Below are positions 12,501 through 25,619 of a stretch of DNA of 64,000 nucleotides, one piece after another. Within the stretch, counting starts at the first letter, position 1. Each line of letters starts with the position of its first letter. The notes beneath the pieces were generated by a model. The model was not told the origin of the DNA. It did not search any database and saw nothing but the letters and a program-made list of their open reading frames with translations. The stretch is from Eledone cirrhosa (lineage: Eukaryota). Location: NCBI GenBank assembly GCA_964016885.1, contig OZ024742.1:338954001-339018000 (forward strand). Reading direction: 5' to 3'. The translations under genes were made by a program, and so were the position numbers.

Positions 12501-15500
12501 GTAGTCCCATGTTTTGTGGTGTCTTAATGATAAGGTCCCTAGTAGTATCAGGTTTTATAGGGTGTTCTAATGATAAGGTCTGTAGTAGTCCCATGTTTTA
12601 TGGTCTTCCTAATGATAAGGTTTCTTGTAGTCCCATGTTTTATGGTATCCTAATGATAAGGTTTCTAGTAGTCCCATGTTTTATGGTGTCCTAATGATAA
12701 GGTCTCTAGTAGTCCCATATTTTATGGTGTCCTAATGATAAGGTCACTAGTAGTATCATGTTTTATATGGTGTCCTAATGATAAAGTTTCTAGTAGTCCC
12801 ATGTTTTATGGTGTCCTAATGATAAGGTTTCTAGTAGTTCCATGTTTTATGGTGTCCTAATGATAGGGTCTCTAGTAGTATCAAGTTTTATGGTGTCCTA
12901 ATGATAAGGTCTCTAGTCGTATCACGTTGTATGGTGTCCTAATGATAAGGTCTCTAGTAGTCCCATGTTTTATGGTGTCTTAATGATAAGGTCTCTCGTA
13001 TTATCATGTTTTATGGTGTCCTAATGATAAGGTCTCTAATAGTCCCATGTTTTATGGCGTCCTAATGATAAGGTCCCTAGCAGTATCATGTTTTATATGG
13101 TGTCCTAATGATAAGGTCTCCAGTAGTCCCATGTTTTCTGGTGTCATAATGATAAGGTTTCTAGTAGTCCCATGTTTTATGGTGTCCCAATGATAAGGTT
13201 TCTAGTAGTCCCATGTTTTATGGTGTCCTAATGCTAAGGTTTCTAGTAGTCCCATGTTTTATGCTGTCCTAATGATAGGGTCTCTAGGAGTCCCATGTTT
13301 TATGGTGTTCTAATGATAAGGTCTGTAGTTGTCCCATGTTTTATGGTGTCCTAATGATGAGGTTTCTAGTAGTCCCATGTTTTATGGTGTCATAATGATA
13401 AGTTTTCTAGTACTCCCATGTTTTATATGGTGTCCTAATGATAAGGTCTGTAGTAGTCCCATGATTCATCGTGTCCTAATGATAAGGTTTCTAGTAGTCC
13501 CATGTTTTATAGTGTCCTAATGATAAGGTTTCTAGTAGTATCAAGTTTTATCCTAATGATAAGGTTTCTAGTAGTCCCATGTTTTATGGTGTCCTAATGA
13601 TAGGGTCTCTAGTAGTCCCATGTTTTATGGTGTCCTAATGATAAGGTCCCTAGTATTATCATGTTTTATATGGTGTTCTAATGATAAGGTCTGTAGTAGT
13701 CCCATGTTTTATGGTGTCCTAATGATAAGGTTTCTAGTAGTCCCATGTTTTATGGTGTCCTAATGATAAGATTTCTAGTAGTCCCATATTTTATGGTGTC
13801 CTAATGATAAGGTTTCTAGTAGTCCCATGTTTTATGCTGTCCTAACGATAGAGTCTCTAGTAGTCCCATGTTTTATGGTTTTCTAATGATAAGGTCCCTA
13901 GTAGTCCCATGTTTTATGGTTTCCTAATGATAAGGTTTCTAGTAGTCCCATGTTTTATATTGTGTCCTAATGATAAGGTCTGTAGTAGACCCATGTTTTA
14001 TGGTGTCCTAATGATAAGGTTTCTAGTATTCCCATGTTTTATCTCCTAATGATAGGGTCTCTAGTAGTCCCATGTTTTATGGGGTTCTAATGATAAGGTC
14101 CCTAGTAGTATCATCTTTTGTATGGTGTCCTAATGATAAGGTCTGTAGTAGTCCCATGTTTTATGGTGTCCTAATCATAGGGTCTTTAGTAGTCCCATGT
14201 TATATGGTGTCTTAATGATAAGGTCTCCAGTAGTCCCATGTTTTATGGTGTCCTAATGATAAGGTCTCTAGTATTATCATGTTTTATGGTGTCCTAATGA
14301 TAAGGTCTCTAATAGTCCTATGTTTTATGGCGTCCTTATGATAAGGTCCCAAGTAGTATCATGTTTTATATGGTGTCCTAATGATAAGGTCTCCAGCAGT
14401 CCCATGTTTTATGGTGTCCTAATGATAAGGTCCCTAGTAGTATCATGTTTTATAGGGTGTTCTAATGATAAGGTCTGTAGTAGTGCCATGTTTTATGGTG
14501 TCCTAATGATAACGTTTCTTGTAGTCCCATGTTTTATGGTGTCCTAATGATAAGGTTTCTAGTAGTCCCATGTTTTATGGTGTCCTAATGATAGGATCTG
14601 TAGTCGTCCCATGTTTTATGGCGTTCTAATGATAAGGTCCCTAGTAGTATCATGTTTTATAGTGTCCTAATGATAAGGTCTCTAGTAGTATGAAGTTTTA
14701 TGGTGTCCTAATGATAAGGTCCCTAGTAGTCCCATGTTTTATGGTGTCTTAATGATAAGGTCTATAGTACTCCCATGTTTTATAGTCTCCTAATGATAAG
14801 GTCTCTAGTAGTCCCATGTGTTATAGTGTCCTAATGATAAGGTCTCTAGTAATCCCATGTTTTATAGTGTCCTAATGATAAGGTTTCTAGTCGTCCCATG
14901 TTTTATGGTGTCTTAATGATAAGGTCTATAGTAGTCCCATGTTTTATAGTCTCCTAATGATAAGGTCTCTAGTAGTCCCATGTGTTATAGTGTCCTAATG
15001 ATAAGGTCCCTAGTAGTATCATGTTTTATATGGTGTCCTAATGATAAGGTCTGTAGTAGTCCCATGTTTTATGGTGTCCTTATGATAAGGTTTCTAGTAG
15101 TCCCATGTTTTATGGTGTCCTAATGATAAGGTTTCTAGTAGTCCCATGTTTTATGGTGTCCTAATGATAGGATCTGTAGTCGTCCCATGTTTTATAGTGT
15201 CCTAATGATAAGGTCTCTAGTAATCCCATGTTTTATAGTGTCCTAATGATAAGGTCTCTAGTAGTATCAAGTTTTATGGTGTCCTAATGATAAGGTCCCT
15301 AGTAGTCCCATGTTTTATGGTGTCTTAATGATAAGGTCTATAGTAGTCCCATGTTTTATAGTCTCCTAACGATAAGGTCTCTAGTAGTCCCATGTGTTAT
15401 AGTGTCCTAATGATAAGGTCTCTAGTAATCCCATGTTTTATAGTGTCCTAATGATAAGGTCCCTAGTAGTCCCATGTTTTATGGTGTCTTAATGATAAGG

Positions 15501-16400
15501 TCTAGAGTAGTCCCATGTTTTATAGTCTCCTAATGATAAGGTCTCTAGTAGTCCCATGTGTTATAGTGTCCTAATGATAAGGTCTCTAGTAATCCCATGT
15601 TTTATAGTGTCCTAATGATAAGGTTTCTAGTAGTATCAAGTTTTATGGTGTCCTAATGATAAGGTTTCTAGTAGTCCCATGTTTTATGTCCTTAATGATA
15701 GGGTCTCTAGTAGTCCCATGTTTATGGTGTCCTAATGATGAGGTTTCTAGTAGTCCCATGTTTTATGGTGTCATAATGTTAAGTTTTCTATTACTCCCAT
15801 GTTTTATATGGTGTCCTAATAATAAGGTCTGTAGTAGTCCCATGATTTATGGTGTCCTAATGATAAGGTTTCTAGTAGTCCCATGTTTTATAGTGTCCTA
15901 ATGATAAGCTCTCTAGTAATCCCATGTTTTATAGTGTCCTAATGATAAGGTTTCTAGTAGTATCAAGTTTTATCCTAATGATAAGATTTCTAGTAGTCCC
16001 ATGTTATATATCCTTAATGATAGAGTCTCTAGTAGTCCCATGTTTTATGGTGTCCTAATGATAAGGTCCCTAGTAGTATCATGTTTTATGGTGTCCTAAT
16101 GATAAGGTCTCTAGTAGTTCCATGTTTCATGGTGCACTAATGATAAGGTCCCTAGTAGTATCATCTTTTATATGGTGTCCTAATGATAAGGTTTCTAGTA
16201 GTCCCATGTTTTATGGTGTCCTAAGGATAGGGTCTGTAGTAGACCCATGTTTTATGGTGTCTTAATGATAAGGTTTCTAGTATTCCCATGTTTTATCTCC
16301 TAATGATAGGGTCTCTAGTAGTCCCATGTTTTATGGGGTTCTAATGATAAGGTCCCTAGTAGTATCATCTTTTGTATGGTGTCCAAATGATAAGGTCTCT
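5630..16400 (+). repeat. Imperfect long duplication (offset ~6.3-6.8 kb): ~5630-9750 resembles ~11930-16400
   Basis: Landmarks occur in the same order: 6133/12425, 7742/14320, 8832/15656. Shared rare variants include GTCGTATCACGTTGTATG, CTCTCGTATTATC, AATGCTAAGG and ATGATTCATCGTG. Confidence 0.7.
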
Positions 16401-19400
16401 AGTAGTCCCATGTTATATGGTGTCCTAATGATAAGGTCTCCAGTAGTCCCATTTTTTATGGTGTCGTAATGATAAGGTCTCTAGTATTATCATGTTTTAT
16501 GGTGTCCTAATGATAACGTCCCTAGTAGTATCATGTTTTATATGGTGTTCTAATGATAAGGTCTGTAGTAGTGCCATGTTTTATGGTGTCCTAATGATAA
16601 CGTTTCTTGTAGTCCCATGTTTTATGGTGTCCTAATGATAAGTTTTCTAGTAGTCCCATGTTTTATGGTGTCCTAATGATAAGGTTTCTAGTAGTCCCAT
16701 GTTTTATGGTGTCCTAATGATAGGATCTGTAGTCGTCCCATGTTTTATGGTGTTCTAATGATAAGGTCCCTAGTAGTCCCATGTTTTATGGTTTCCTAAT
16801 GATAAGGTTTCTAGTAGTCCCATGTTTTATATTGTGTCCTAATGATAAGGTCTGTAGTAGACCCATGTTTTATGGTGTCCTAATGATAAGGTTTCTAGTA
16901 TTCCCATGTTTTATCTCCCAATGATAGGGTCTCTAGTAGTCCCATGTTTTATGGGGTTCTAATGATAAGCTCCCTAGTAGTATAATCTTTTGTATGGTGT
17001 CCTAATGATAAGGTCTGTAGTAGTTCCATGTTTTATGGTGTCCTAATCATAGGGTCTTTAGTAGTCCCATGTTATATGGTGTCTTAATGATAAGGTCTCC
17101 AGTAGTCCCATGTTTTATGGTGTCCTAATGATAAGGTCTCTAGTATTATCATGTTTTATGGTGTCCTAATGATAAGGTCTCTAATAGTCCTATGTTTTAT
17201 GGCGTCCTTATGATAAGGTCCCAAGTAGTATCATGTTTTATATGGTGTCCTAATGATAAGGTCTCCAGCAGTCCCATGTTTTATGGTTTCCTAATGATAA
17301 GGTCCCTAGTAGTATCATGTTTTATAGGGTGTTCTAATGATAAGGTCTGTAGTAGTGCCATGTTTTATGGTGTCCTAATGATAAGGTTTCTTGTAGTCCC
17401 ATGTTTTATGGTGTCCTAATGATAAGGTTTCTAGTAGTCCCATGTTTTATGGTGTCCTAATGATAAGGTTTCTAGTAGTCCCATGTTTTATGGTGTCCTA
17501 ATGATAGGATCTGTAGTCGTCCCATGTTTTATGGCGTTCTAATGATAAGGTCCCTAGTAGTATCATGTTTTATAGTGTCCCAATGATAAGGTCTGTAGTA
17601 GTATGAAGTTTTATGGTGTCCTAATGATAAGGTCCCTAGTAGTCCCATGTTTTATGGTGTCTTAATGATAAGGTCTATAGTACTCCCATGTTTTATAGTC
17701 TCCTAATGATAAGGTCTCTAGTAATCCCATGTTTTATAGTGTCCTAATGATAAGGTTTCTAGTAGTCCCATGTTTTATGGTGTCTTAATGATAAGGTCTA
17801 TAATAGTCCCATGTTTTATAGTCTCCTAATGATAAGGTCTCTAGTAGTCCCATCTGTTATAGTGTCCTAATGATAAGGTCCCTAGTAGTATCATGTTTTA
17901 TATGGTGTCCTAATGATAAGGTCTGTAGTAGTCCCATGTTTTATGGTGTCCTTATGATAAGGTTTCTAGTAGTCCCATGTTTTATGGTGTCCTAATGATA
18001 AGGTTTCTAGTAGTCACATGTTTTATGGTGTCCTAATGATAGGATCTGTAGTCGTCCCATGTTTTATAGTGTCCTAATGATAAGGTCTCTAGTAATCCCA
18101 TGTTTTATAGTGTCCTAATGATAAGGTCTCTAGTAGTATCAAGTTTTATGGTGTCCTAATGATAAGGTCCCTAGTAGTCCCATGTTTTCTGGTGTCTTAA
18201 TGATAAGGTCTATAGTAGTCCCATGTTTTATAGTCTCCTAACGATAAGGTCTCTAGTAGTCCCATGTGTTATAGTATCCTAATGATAAGGTGTCTAGTAA
18301 TCCCATGTTTTATAGTGTCCTAATGATAAGGTCCCTAGTAGTCCCATGTTTTATGGTGTCTTAATGATAAGGTCTAGAGTAGTCCCATGTTTTATAGTCT
18401 CCTAATGATAAGGTCTCTAGTAGTCCCATGTGTTATAGTGTCCTAATGATAAGGTCTCTAGTAATCCCATGTTTTATAGTGTCCTAATGATAAGGTTTCT
18501 AGTAGTATCAAGTTTTATGGTGTCCTAATGATAAGGTTTCTAGTAGTCCCATGTTTTATGTCCTTAATGATAGGGTCTCTAGTAGTCCCATGTTTATGGT
18601 GTCCTAATGATGAGGTTTCTAGTAGTCCCATGTTTTATGGTGTCATAATGTTAAGTTTTCTATTACTCCCATGTTTTATATGGTGTCCTAATAATAAGGT
18701 CTGTAGTAGTCCCATGATTTATGGTGTCCTAATGATAAGGTTTCTAGTAGTCCCATATTTTATAGTGTCCTAATGATAAGCTCTCTAGTAATCCCATGTT
18801 TTATAGTGTCCTAATGATAAGGTTTCTAGTAGTATCAAGTTTTATCCTAATGATAAGGTTTCTAGTAGTCCCATGTTATATATCCTTAATGATAGAGTCT
18901 CTAGTAGTCCCATGTTTTATGGTGTCCTAATGATAAGGTCCCTAGTAGTATCATGTTTTATGGTGTCCTAATGATAAGGTCTCTAGTAGTTCCATGTTTC
19001 ATGGTGCACTAATGATAAGGTCCCTAGTAGTATCATCTTTTATATGGTGTCCTAATGATAAGGTTTCTAGTAGTCCCATGTTTTATGGTGTCCTAAGGAT
19101 AGGGTCTGTAGTAGACCCATGTTTTATGGTGTCCTAATGATAAGGTTTCTAGTATTCCCATGTTTTATCTCCTAATGATAGGGTCTCTAGTAGTCCCATG
19201 TTTTATGGGGTTCTAATGATAAGGTCCCTAGTAGTATCATCTTTTGTATGGTGTCCAAATGATAAGGTCTCTAGTAGTCCCATGTTATATGGTGTCCTAA
19301 TGATAAGGTCTCCAATAGTCCCATGTTTTATGGTGTCCTAATGATAAGGTCTCTAGTATTATCATGTTTTATGGTGTCCTAATGATAACGTCCCTAGTAG

Positions 19401-22400
19401 TATCATGTTTTATAGGGTGTTCTAATGATAAGGTCTGTAGTAGTGCCATGTTTTATGGTGTCCTATTGATAACGTTTCTTGTAGTCCCATGTTTTATGGT
19501 GTCCTAATGATAAGGTTTCTAGTAGTCACATGTTTTATGGTGTCCTAATGATAAGGTTTCTAGTAGTCCCATGTTTTATGGTGTCCTAATGATAGGATCT
19601 GTAGTCGTCCCATGTTTTATGGTGTTCTAATGATAAGGTCCCTAGTAGTCCCATGTTTTATGGTTTCCTAATGATAAGGTTTCTAGTAGTCCCATGTTTT
19701 ATATTGTGTCCTAGTGATAAGGTCTGTAGTAGACCCATGTTTTATGGTGTCCTAATGATAAGGTTTCTAGTATTCCCATGTTTTATCTCCTAATGATAGG
19801 GTCTCTAGTAGTCCCATGTTTTATGGGGTTCTAATGATAAGGTCCCTAGTAGTATAATCTTTTGTATGGTGTCCTAATGATAAGGTCTGTAGTAGTCCCA
19901 TGTTTTATGGTGTCCTAATCATAGGGTCTTTAGTAGTCCCATGTTATATGGTGTCTTAATGATAAGGTCTCCAGTAGTCCCATGTTTTATGGTGTCCTAA
20001 TGATAAGGTCTCTAGTATTATCATGTTTTATGGTGTCCTAATGATAAGGTCTCTAATAGTCCTATGTTTTATGGCGTCCTTATGATAAGGTCCCAAGTAG
20101 TATCATGTTTTATATGGTGTCCTAATGATAAGGTCTCCAGCAGTCCCATGTTTTATGGTGTCCTAATGATAAGGTCCCTAGTAGTATCATGTTTTATAGG
20201 GTGTTCTAATGACAAGGTCTGTAGTAGTGCCATGTTTTATGGTGTCCTAATGATAAGGTTTCTTGTAGTCCCATGTTCTATGGTGTCCTAATGATAAGGT
20301 TTCTAGTAGTCCCATGTTTTATGGTGTCCTAATGATAAGGTTTCTAGTAGTCCCATGTTTTATGGTGTCCTAATGATAGGATCTGTAGTCGTCCCATGTT
20401 TTATGGCGTTCTAATGATAAGGTCCCTAGTAGTATCATGTTTTATAGTGTCCTAATGATAAGGTCTCTAGTAGTATGAAGTTTTATGGTGTCCTAATGAT
20501 AAGGTCCCTAGTAGTCCCATGTTTTATGGTGTCTTAATGATAAGGTTTCTAGTAGTCCCATGTTTTATGTCCTTAATGATAGGGTCTCTAGTAGTCCCAT
20601 GTTTATGGTGTCCTAATGATGAGGTTTCTAGTAGTCCCATGTTTTATGGTGTCATAATGTTAAGTTTTCTATTACTCCCATGTTTTATATGGTGTCCTAA
20701 TAATAAGGTCTGTAGTAGTCCCATGATTTATGGTGTCCTAATGATAAGGTTTCTAGTAGTCCCATATTTTATAGTGTCCTAATGATAAGCTCTCTAGTAA
20801 TCCCATGTTTTATAGTGTCCTAATGATAAGGTTTCTAGTAGTATCAAGTTTTATCCTAATGATAAGGTTTCTAGTAGTCCCATGTTATATATCCTTAATG
20901 ATAGAGTCTCTAGTAGTCCCATGTTTTATGGTGTCCTAATGATAAGGTCCCTAGTAGTATCATGTTTTATAGTGTCCTAATGATAAGGTCTCTAGTAGTA
21001 TGAAGTTTTATGGTGTCCTAATGATAAGGTCCCTAGTAGTCCCATGTTTTATGGTGTCTTAATGATAAGGTCTATAGTACTCCCATGTTTTATAGTCTCC
21101 TAATGATAAGGTCTCTAGTAGTCCCATGTGTTATAGTGTCCTAATGATAAGGTCTCTAGTAATCCCATGTTTTATAGTGTCCTAATGATAAGGTTTCTAG
21201 TAGTCCCATGTTTTATGGTGTCTTAATGATAAGGTCTATAGTAGTCCCATGTTTTATAGTCTCCTAATGATAAGGTCTCTAGTAGTCCCATGTGTTATAG
21301 TGTCCTAATGATAAGGTCCCTAGTAGTATCATGTTTTATATGGTGTCCTAATGATAAGGTCTGTAGTAGTCCCATGTTTTATGGTGTCCTTATGATAAGG
21401 TTTCTAGTAGTCCCATGTTTTATGGTGTCCTAATGATAAGGTTTCTAGTAGTCTCATGTTTTATGGTGTCCTAATGATAGGATCTGTAGTCGTCCCATGT
21501 TTTAATGTGTCCTAATGATAAGGTTTCTAGTAATCCCATCTTTTATAGTGTCCTAATGATAAGGTCTCTAGTAGTATCAAGTTTTATGGTGTCCTAATGA
21601 TAAGGTCCCTAGTAGTCCCATGTTTTATGGTGTCTTAATGATAAGGTCTATAGTAGTCCCACGTTTTATAGTCTCCTAACGATAAGGTCTCTAGTAGTCC
21701 CATGTGTTATAGTGTCCTAATGATAAGGTCTCTAGTAATCCCATGTTTTATAGTGTCCTAATGATAAGGTCCCTAGTAGTCCCATGTTTTATGGTGTCTT
21801 AATGATAAGGTCTAGAGTAGTCCCATGTTTTATAGTCTCCTAATGATAAGGTCTCTAGTAGTCCCATGTGTTATAGTGTCCTAATGATAAGGTCTCTAGT
21901 AATCCCATGTTTTATAGTGTCCTAATGATAAGGTTTCTAGTAGTATCAAGTTTTATGGTGTCCTAATGATAAGGTTTCTAGTAGTCCCATGTTTTATGTC
22001 CTTAATGACAGGGTCTCTAGTAGTCCCATGTTTATGGTGTCCTAATGATGAGGTTTCTAGTAGTCCCATGTTTTATGGTGTCATAATGTTAAGTTTTCTA
22101 TTACTCCCATGTTTTATATGGTGTCCTAATAATAAGGTCTGTAGTAGTCCCATGATTTATGGTGTCCTAATGATAAGGTTTCTAGTAGTCCCATGTTTTA
22201 TAGTGTCCTAATGATAAGCTCTCTAGTACTCCCATGTTTTATAGTGTCCTAATGATAAGGTTTCTAGTAGTATCAAGTTTTATCCTAATGATAAGGTTTC
22301 TAGTAGTCCCATGTTATACATCCTTAATGATAGAGTCTCTAGTAGTCCCATGTTTTATGGTGTCCTAATGATAAGGTCCCTAGTAGTATCATGTTTTATG

Positions 22401-25400
22401 GTGTCCTAATGATAAGGTCTCTAGTAGTTCCATGTTTCATGGTGCACTAATGATAAGGTCCCTAGTAGTATCATCTTTTATATGGTGTCCTAATGATAAG
22501 GTTTCTAGTAGTCCCATGTTTTATGGTGTCCTAAGGATAGGGTCTGTAGTAGACCCATGTTTTATGGTGTCCTAATGATAAGGTTTCTAGTATTCCCATG
22601 TTTTATCTCCTAATGATAGGGTCTCTAGTAGTCCCATGTTTTATGGGGTTCTAATGATAAGGTCCCTAGTAGTATCATCTTTTGTATGGTGTCCAAATGA
22701 TAAGGTCTCTAGTAGTCCCATGTTATATGGTGTCCTAATGATAAGGTCTCCAGTAGTCCCATGTTTTATGGTGTCCTAATGATAAGGTCTCTAGTATTAT
22801 CATGTTTTATGGTGTCCTAATGATAACGTCCCTAGTAGTATCATGTTTTATAGGGTGTTCTAATGATAAGGTCTGTAGTAGTGCCATGTTTTATGGTGTC
22901 CTATTGATAACGTTTCTTGTAGTCCCATGTTTTATGGTGTCCTAATGATAAGGTTTCTAGTAGTCCCATGTTTTATGGTGTCCTAATGATAAGGTTTCTA
23001 GTAGTCCCATGTTTTATGGTGTCCTAATGATAGGATCTGTAGTCGTCCCATGTTTTATGGTGTTCTAATGATAAGGTCCCTAGTAGTCCCATGTTTTATG
23101 GTTTCCTAATGATAAGGTTTCTAGTAGTCCCATGTTTTATATTGTGTCCTAATGATAAGGTCTGTAGTAGACCCATGTTTTATGGTGTCCTAATGATAAG
23201 GTTTCTAGTATTCCCATGTTTTATCTCCTAATGATAGGGTCTCTAGTAGTCCCATGTTTTATGGGGTTCTAATGATAAGGTCCCTAGTAGTATAATCTTT
23301 TGTATGGTGTCCTAATGATAAGGTCTGTAGTAGTCCCATGTTTTATGGTGTCCTAATCATAGGGTCTTTAGTAGTCCCATGTTATATGGTGTCTTAATGA
23401 TAAGGTCTCCAGTAGTCCCATGTTTTATGGTGTCCTAATGATAAGGTCTCTAGTATTATCATGTTTTATGGTGTCCTAATGATAAGGTCTCTAATAGTCC
23501 TATGTTTTATGGCGTCCTTATGATAAGGTCCCAAGTAGTATCATGTTTTATATGGTGTCCTAATGATAAGGTCTCCAGCAGTCCCATGTTTTATGGTGTC
23601 CTAATGATAAGGTCCCTAGTAGTATCATGTTTTATAGGGTGTTCTAATGACAAGGTCTGTAGTAGTGCCATGTTTTATGGTGTCCTAATGATAACGTTTC
23701 TTGTAGTCCCATGTTTTATGGTGTCCTAATGATAAGGTTTCTAGTAGTCCCATGTTTTATGGTGTCCTAATGATAAGGTTTCCACTAGTCCCATGTTTTA
23801 TGGTGTCCTAATGATAGGATCTGTAGTCGTCCCATGTTTTATGGCGTTCTAATGATAAGGTCCCTAGTAGTATCATGTTTTATAGTGTCCTAATGATAAG
23901 GTCTCTAGTAGTATGAAGTTTTATGGTGTCCTAATGATAAGGTCCCTAGTAGTCCCATGTTTTATGGTGTCTTAATGATAAGGTCTATAGTACTCCCATG
24001 TTTTATAGTCTCCTAATGATAAGGTCTCTAGTAGTCCCATGTGTTATAGTGTCCTAATGATAAGGTCTCTAGTAATCCCATGTTTTATAGTGTCCTAATG
24101 ATAAGGTTTCTAGTAGTCCCATGTTTTATGGTGTCTTAATGATAAGGTCTATAGTAGTCCCATGTTTTATAGTCTCCTAATGATAAGGTCTCTAGTAGTC
24201 CCATGTGTTATAGTGTCCTAATGATAAGGTCCCTAGTAGTATCATGTTTTATATGGTGTCCTAATGATAAGGTCTGTAGTAGTCCCATGTTTTATGGTGT
24301 CCTTATGATAAGGTTTCTAGTAGTCCCATGTTTTATGGTGTCCTAATGATAAGGTTTCTAGTAGTCCCATGTTTTATGGTGTCCTAATGATAGGATCTGT
24401 AGTCGTCCCATGTTTTAATGTGTCCTAATGATAAGGTTTCTAGTAATCCCATCTTTTATAGTGTCCTAATGATAAGGTCTCTAGTAGTATCAAGTTTTAT
24501 GGTGTCCTAATGATAAGGTCCCTAGTAGTCCCATGTTTTATGGTGTCTTAATGATAAGGTCTATAGTAGTCCCACGTTTTATAGTCTCCTAACGATAAGG
24601 TCTCTAGTAGTCCCATGTGTTATAGTGTCCTAATGATAAGGTCTCTAGTAATCCCATGTTTTATAGTGTCCTAATGATAAGGTCCCTAGTAGTCCCATGT
24701 TTTATGGTGTCTTAATGATAAGGTCTAGAGTAGTCCCATGTTTTATAGTCTCCTAATGATAAGGTCTCTAGTAGTCCCATGTGTTATAGTGTCCTAATGA
24801 TAAGGTCTCTAGTAATCCCATGTTTTATAGTGTCCTAATGATAAGGTTTCTAGTAGTATCAAGTTTTATGGTGTCCTAATGATAAGGTTTCTAGTAGTCC
24901 CATGTTTTATGTCCTTAATGACAGGGTCTCTAGTAGTCCCATGTTTATGGTGTCCTAATGATGAGGTTTCTAGTAGTCCCATGTTTTATGGTGTCATAAT
25001 GTTAAGTTTTCTATTACTCCCATGTTTTATATGGTGTCCTAATAATAAGGTCTGTAGTAGTCCCATGATTTATGGTGTCCTAATGATAAGGTTTCTAGTA
25101 GTCCCATGTTTTATAGTGTCCTAATGATAAGCTCTCTAGTACTCCCATGTTTTATAGTGTCCTAATGATAAGGTTTCTAGTAGTATCAAGTTTTATCCTA
25201 ATGATAAGGTTTCTAGTAGTCCCATGTTATATATCCTTAATGATAGAGTCTCTAGTAGTCCCATGTTTTATGGTGTCCTAATGATAAGGTCCCTAGTAGT
25301 ATCATGTTTTATGGTGTCCTAATTATAAGGTCTCTAGTAGTTCCATGTTTCATGGTGCACTAATGATAAGGTCCCTAGTAGTATCATCTTTTATATGGTG

Positions 25401-25610
25401 TCCTAATGATAAGGTTTCTAGTAGTCCCATGTTTTATGGTGTCCTAAGGATAGTGTCTGTAGTAGACCCATGTTTTATGGTGTCCTAATGATAAGGTTTC
25501 TAGTATTCCCATGTTTTATCTCCTAATGATAGGGTCTCTAGTAGTCCCATGTTTTATGGGGTTCTAATGATAAGGTCCCTAGTAGTATCATCTTTTGTAT
25601 GGTGTCCAAA
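13890..25610 (+). repeat. Higher-order repeat of ~70-71 monomers (2872/2913 bp), about four tandem copies
   Basis: Landmarks 14320, 17192 and 20064 are spaced exactly 2872 bp, as are 15656 and 18528. 21966 to 24879 is 2913 bp (2872+41). 20064 to 23502 is 3438 bp (2913 plus a 525-bp insertion). Confidence 0.9.
20421..21070 (+). repeat. 525-bp out-of-register insertion with a ~3-monomer direct duplication of its flank
   Basis: The GGTCCCTAGTAGTATCATGTTTTATAG...GTATGAAG...GTCTTAATG trimer occurs at 20421 and again at 20946. The sequence between them matches ~18535-18940. Confidence 0.8.
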
Positions 25611-25619
25611 TGATAAGGT

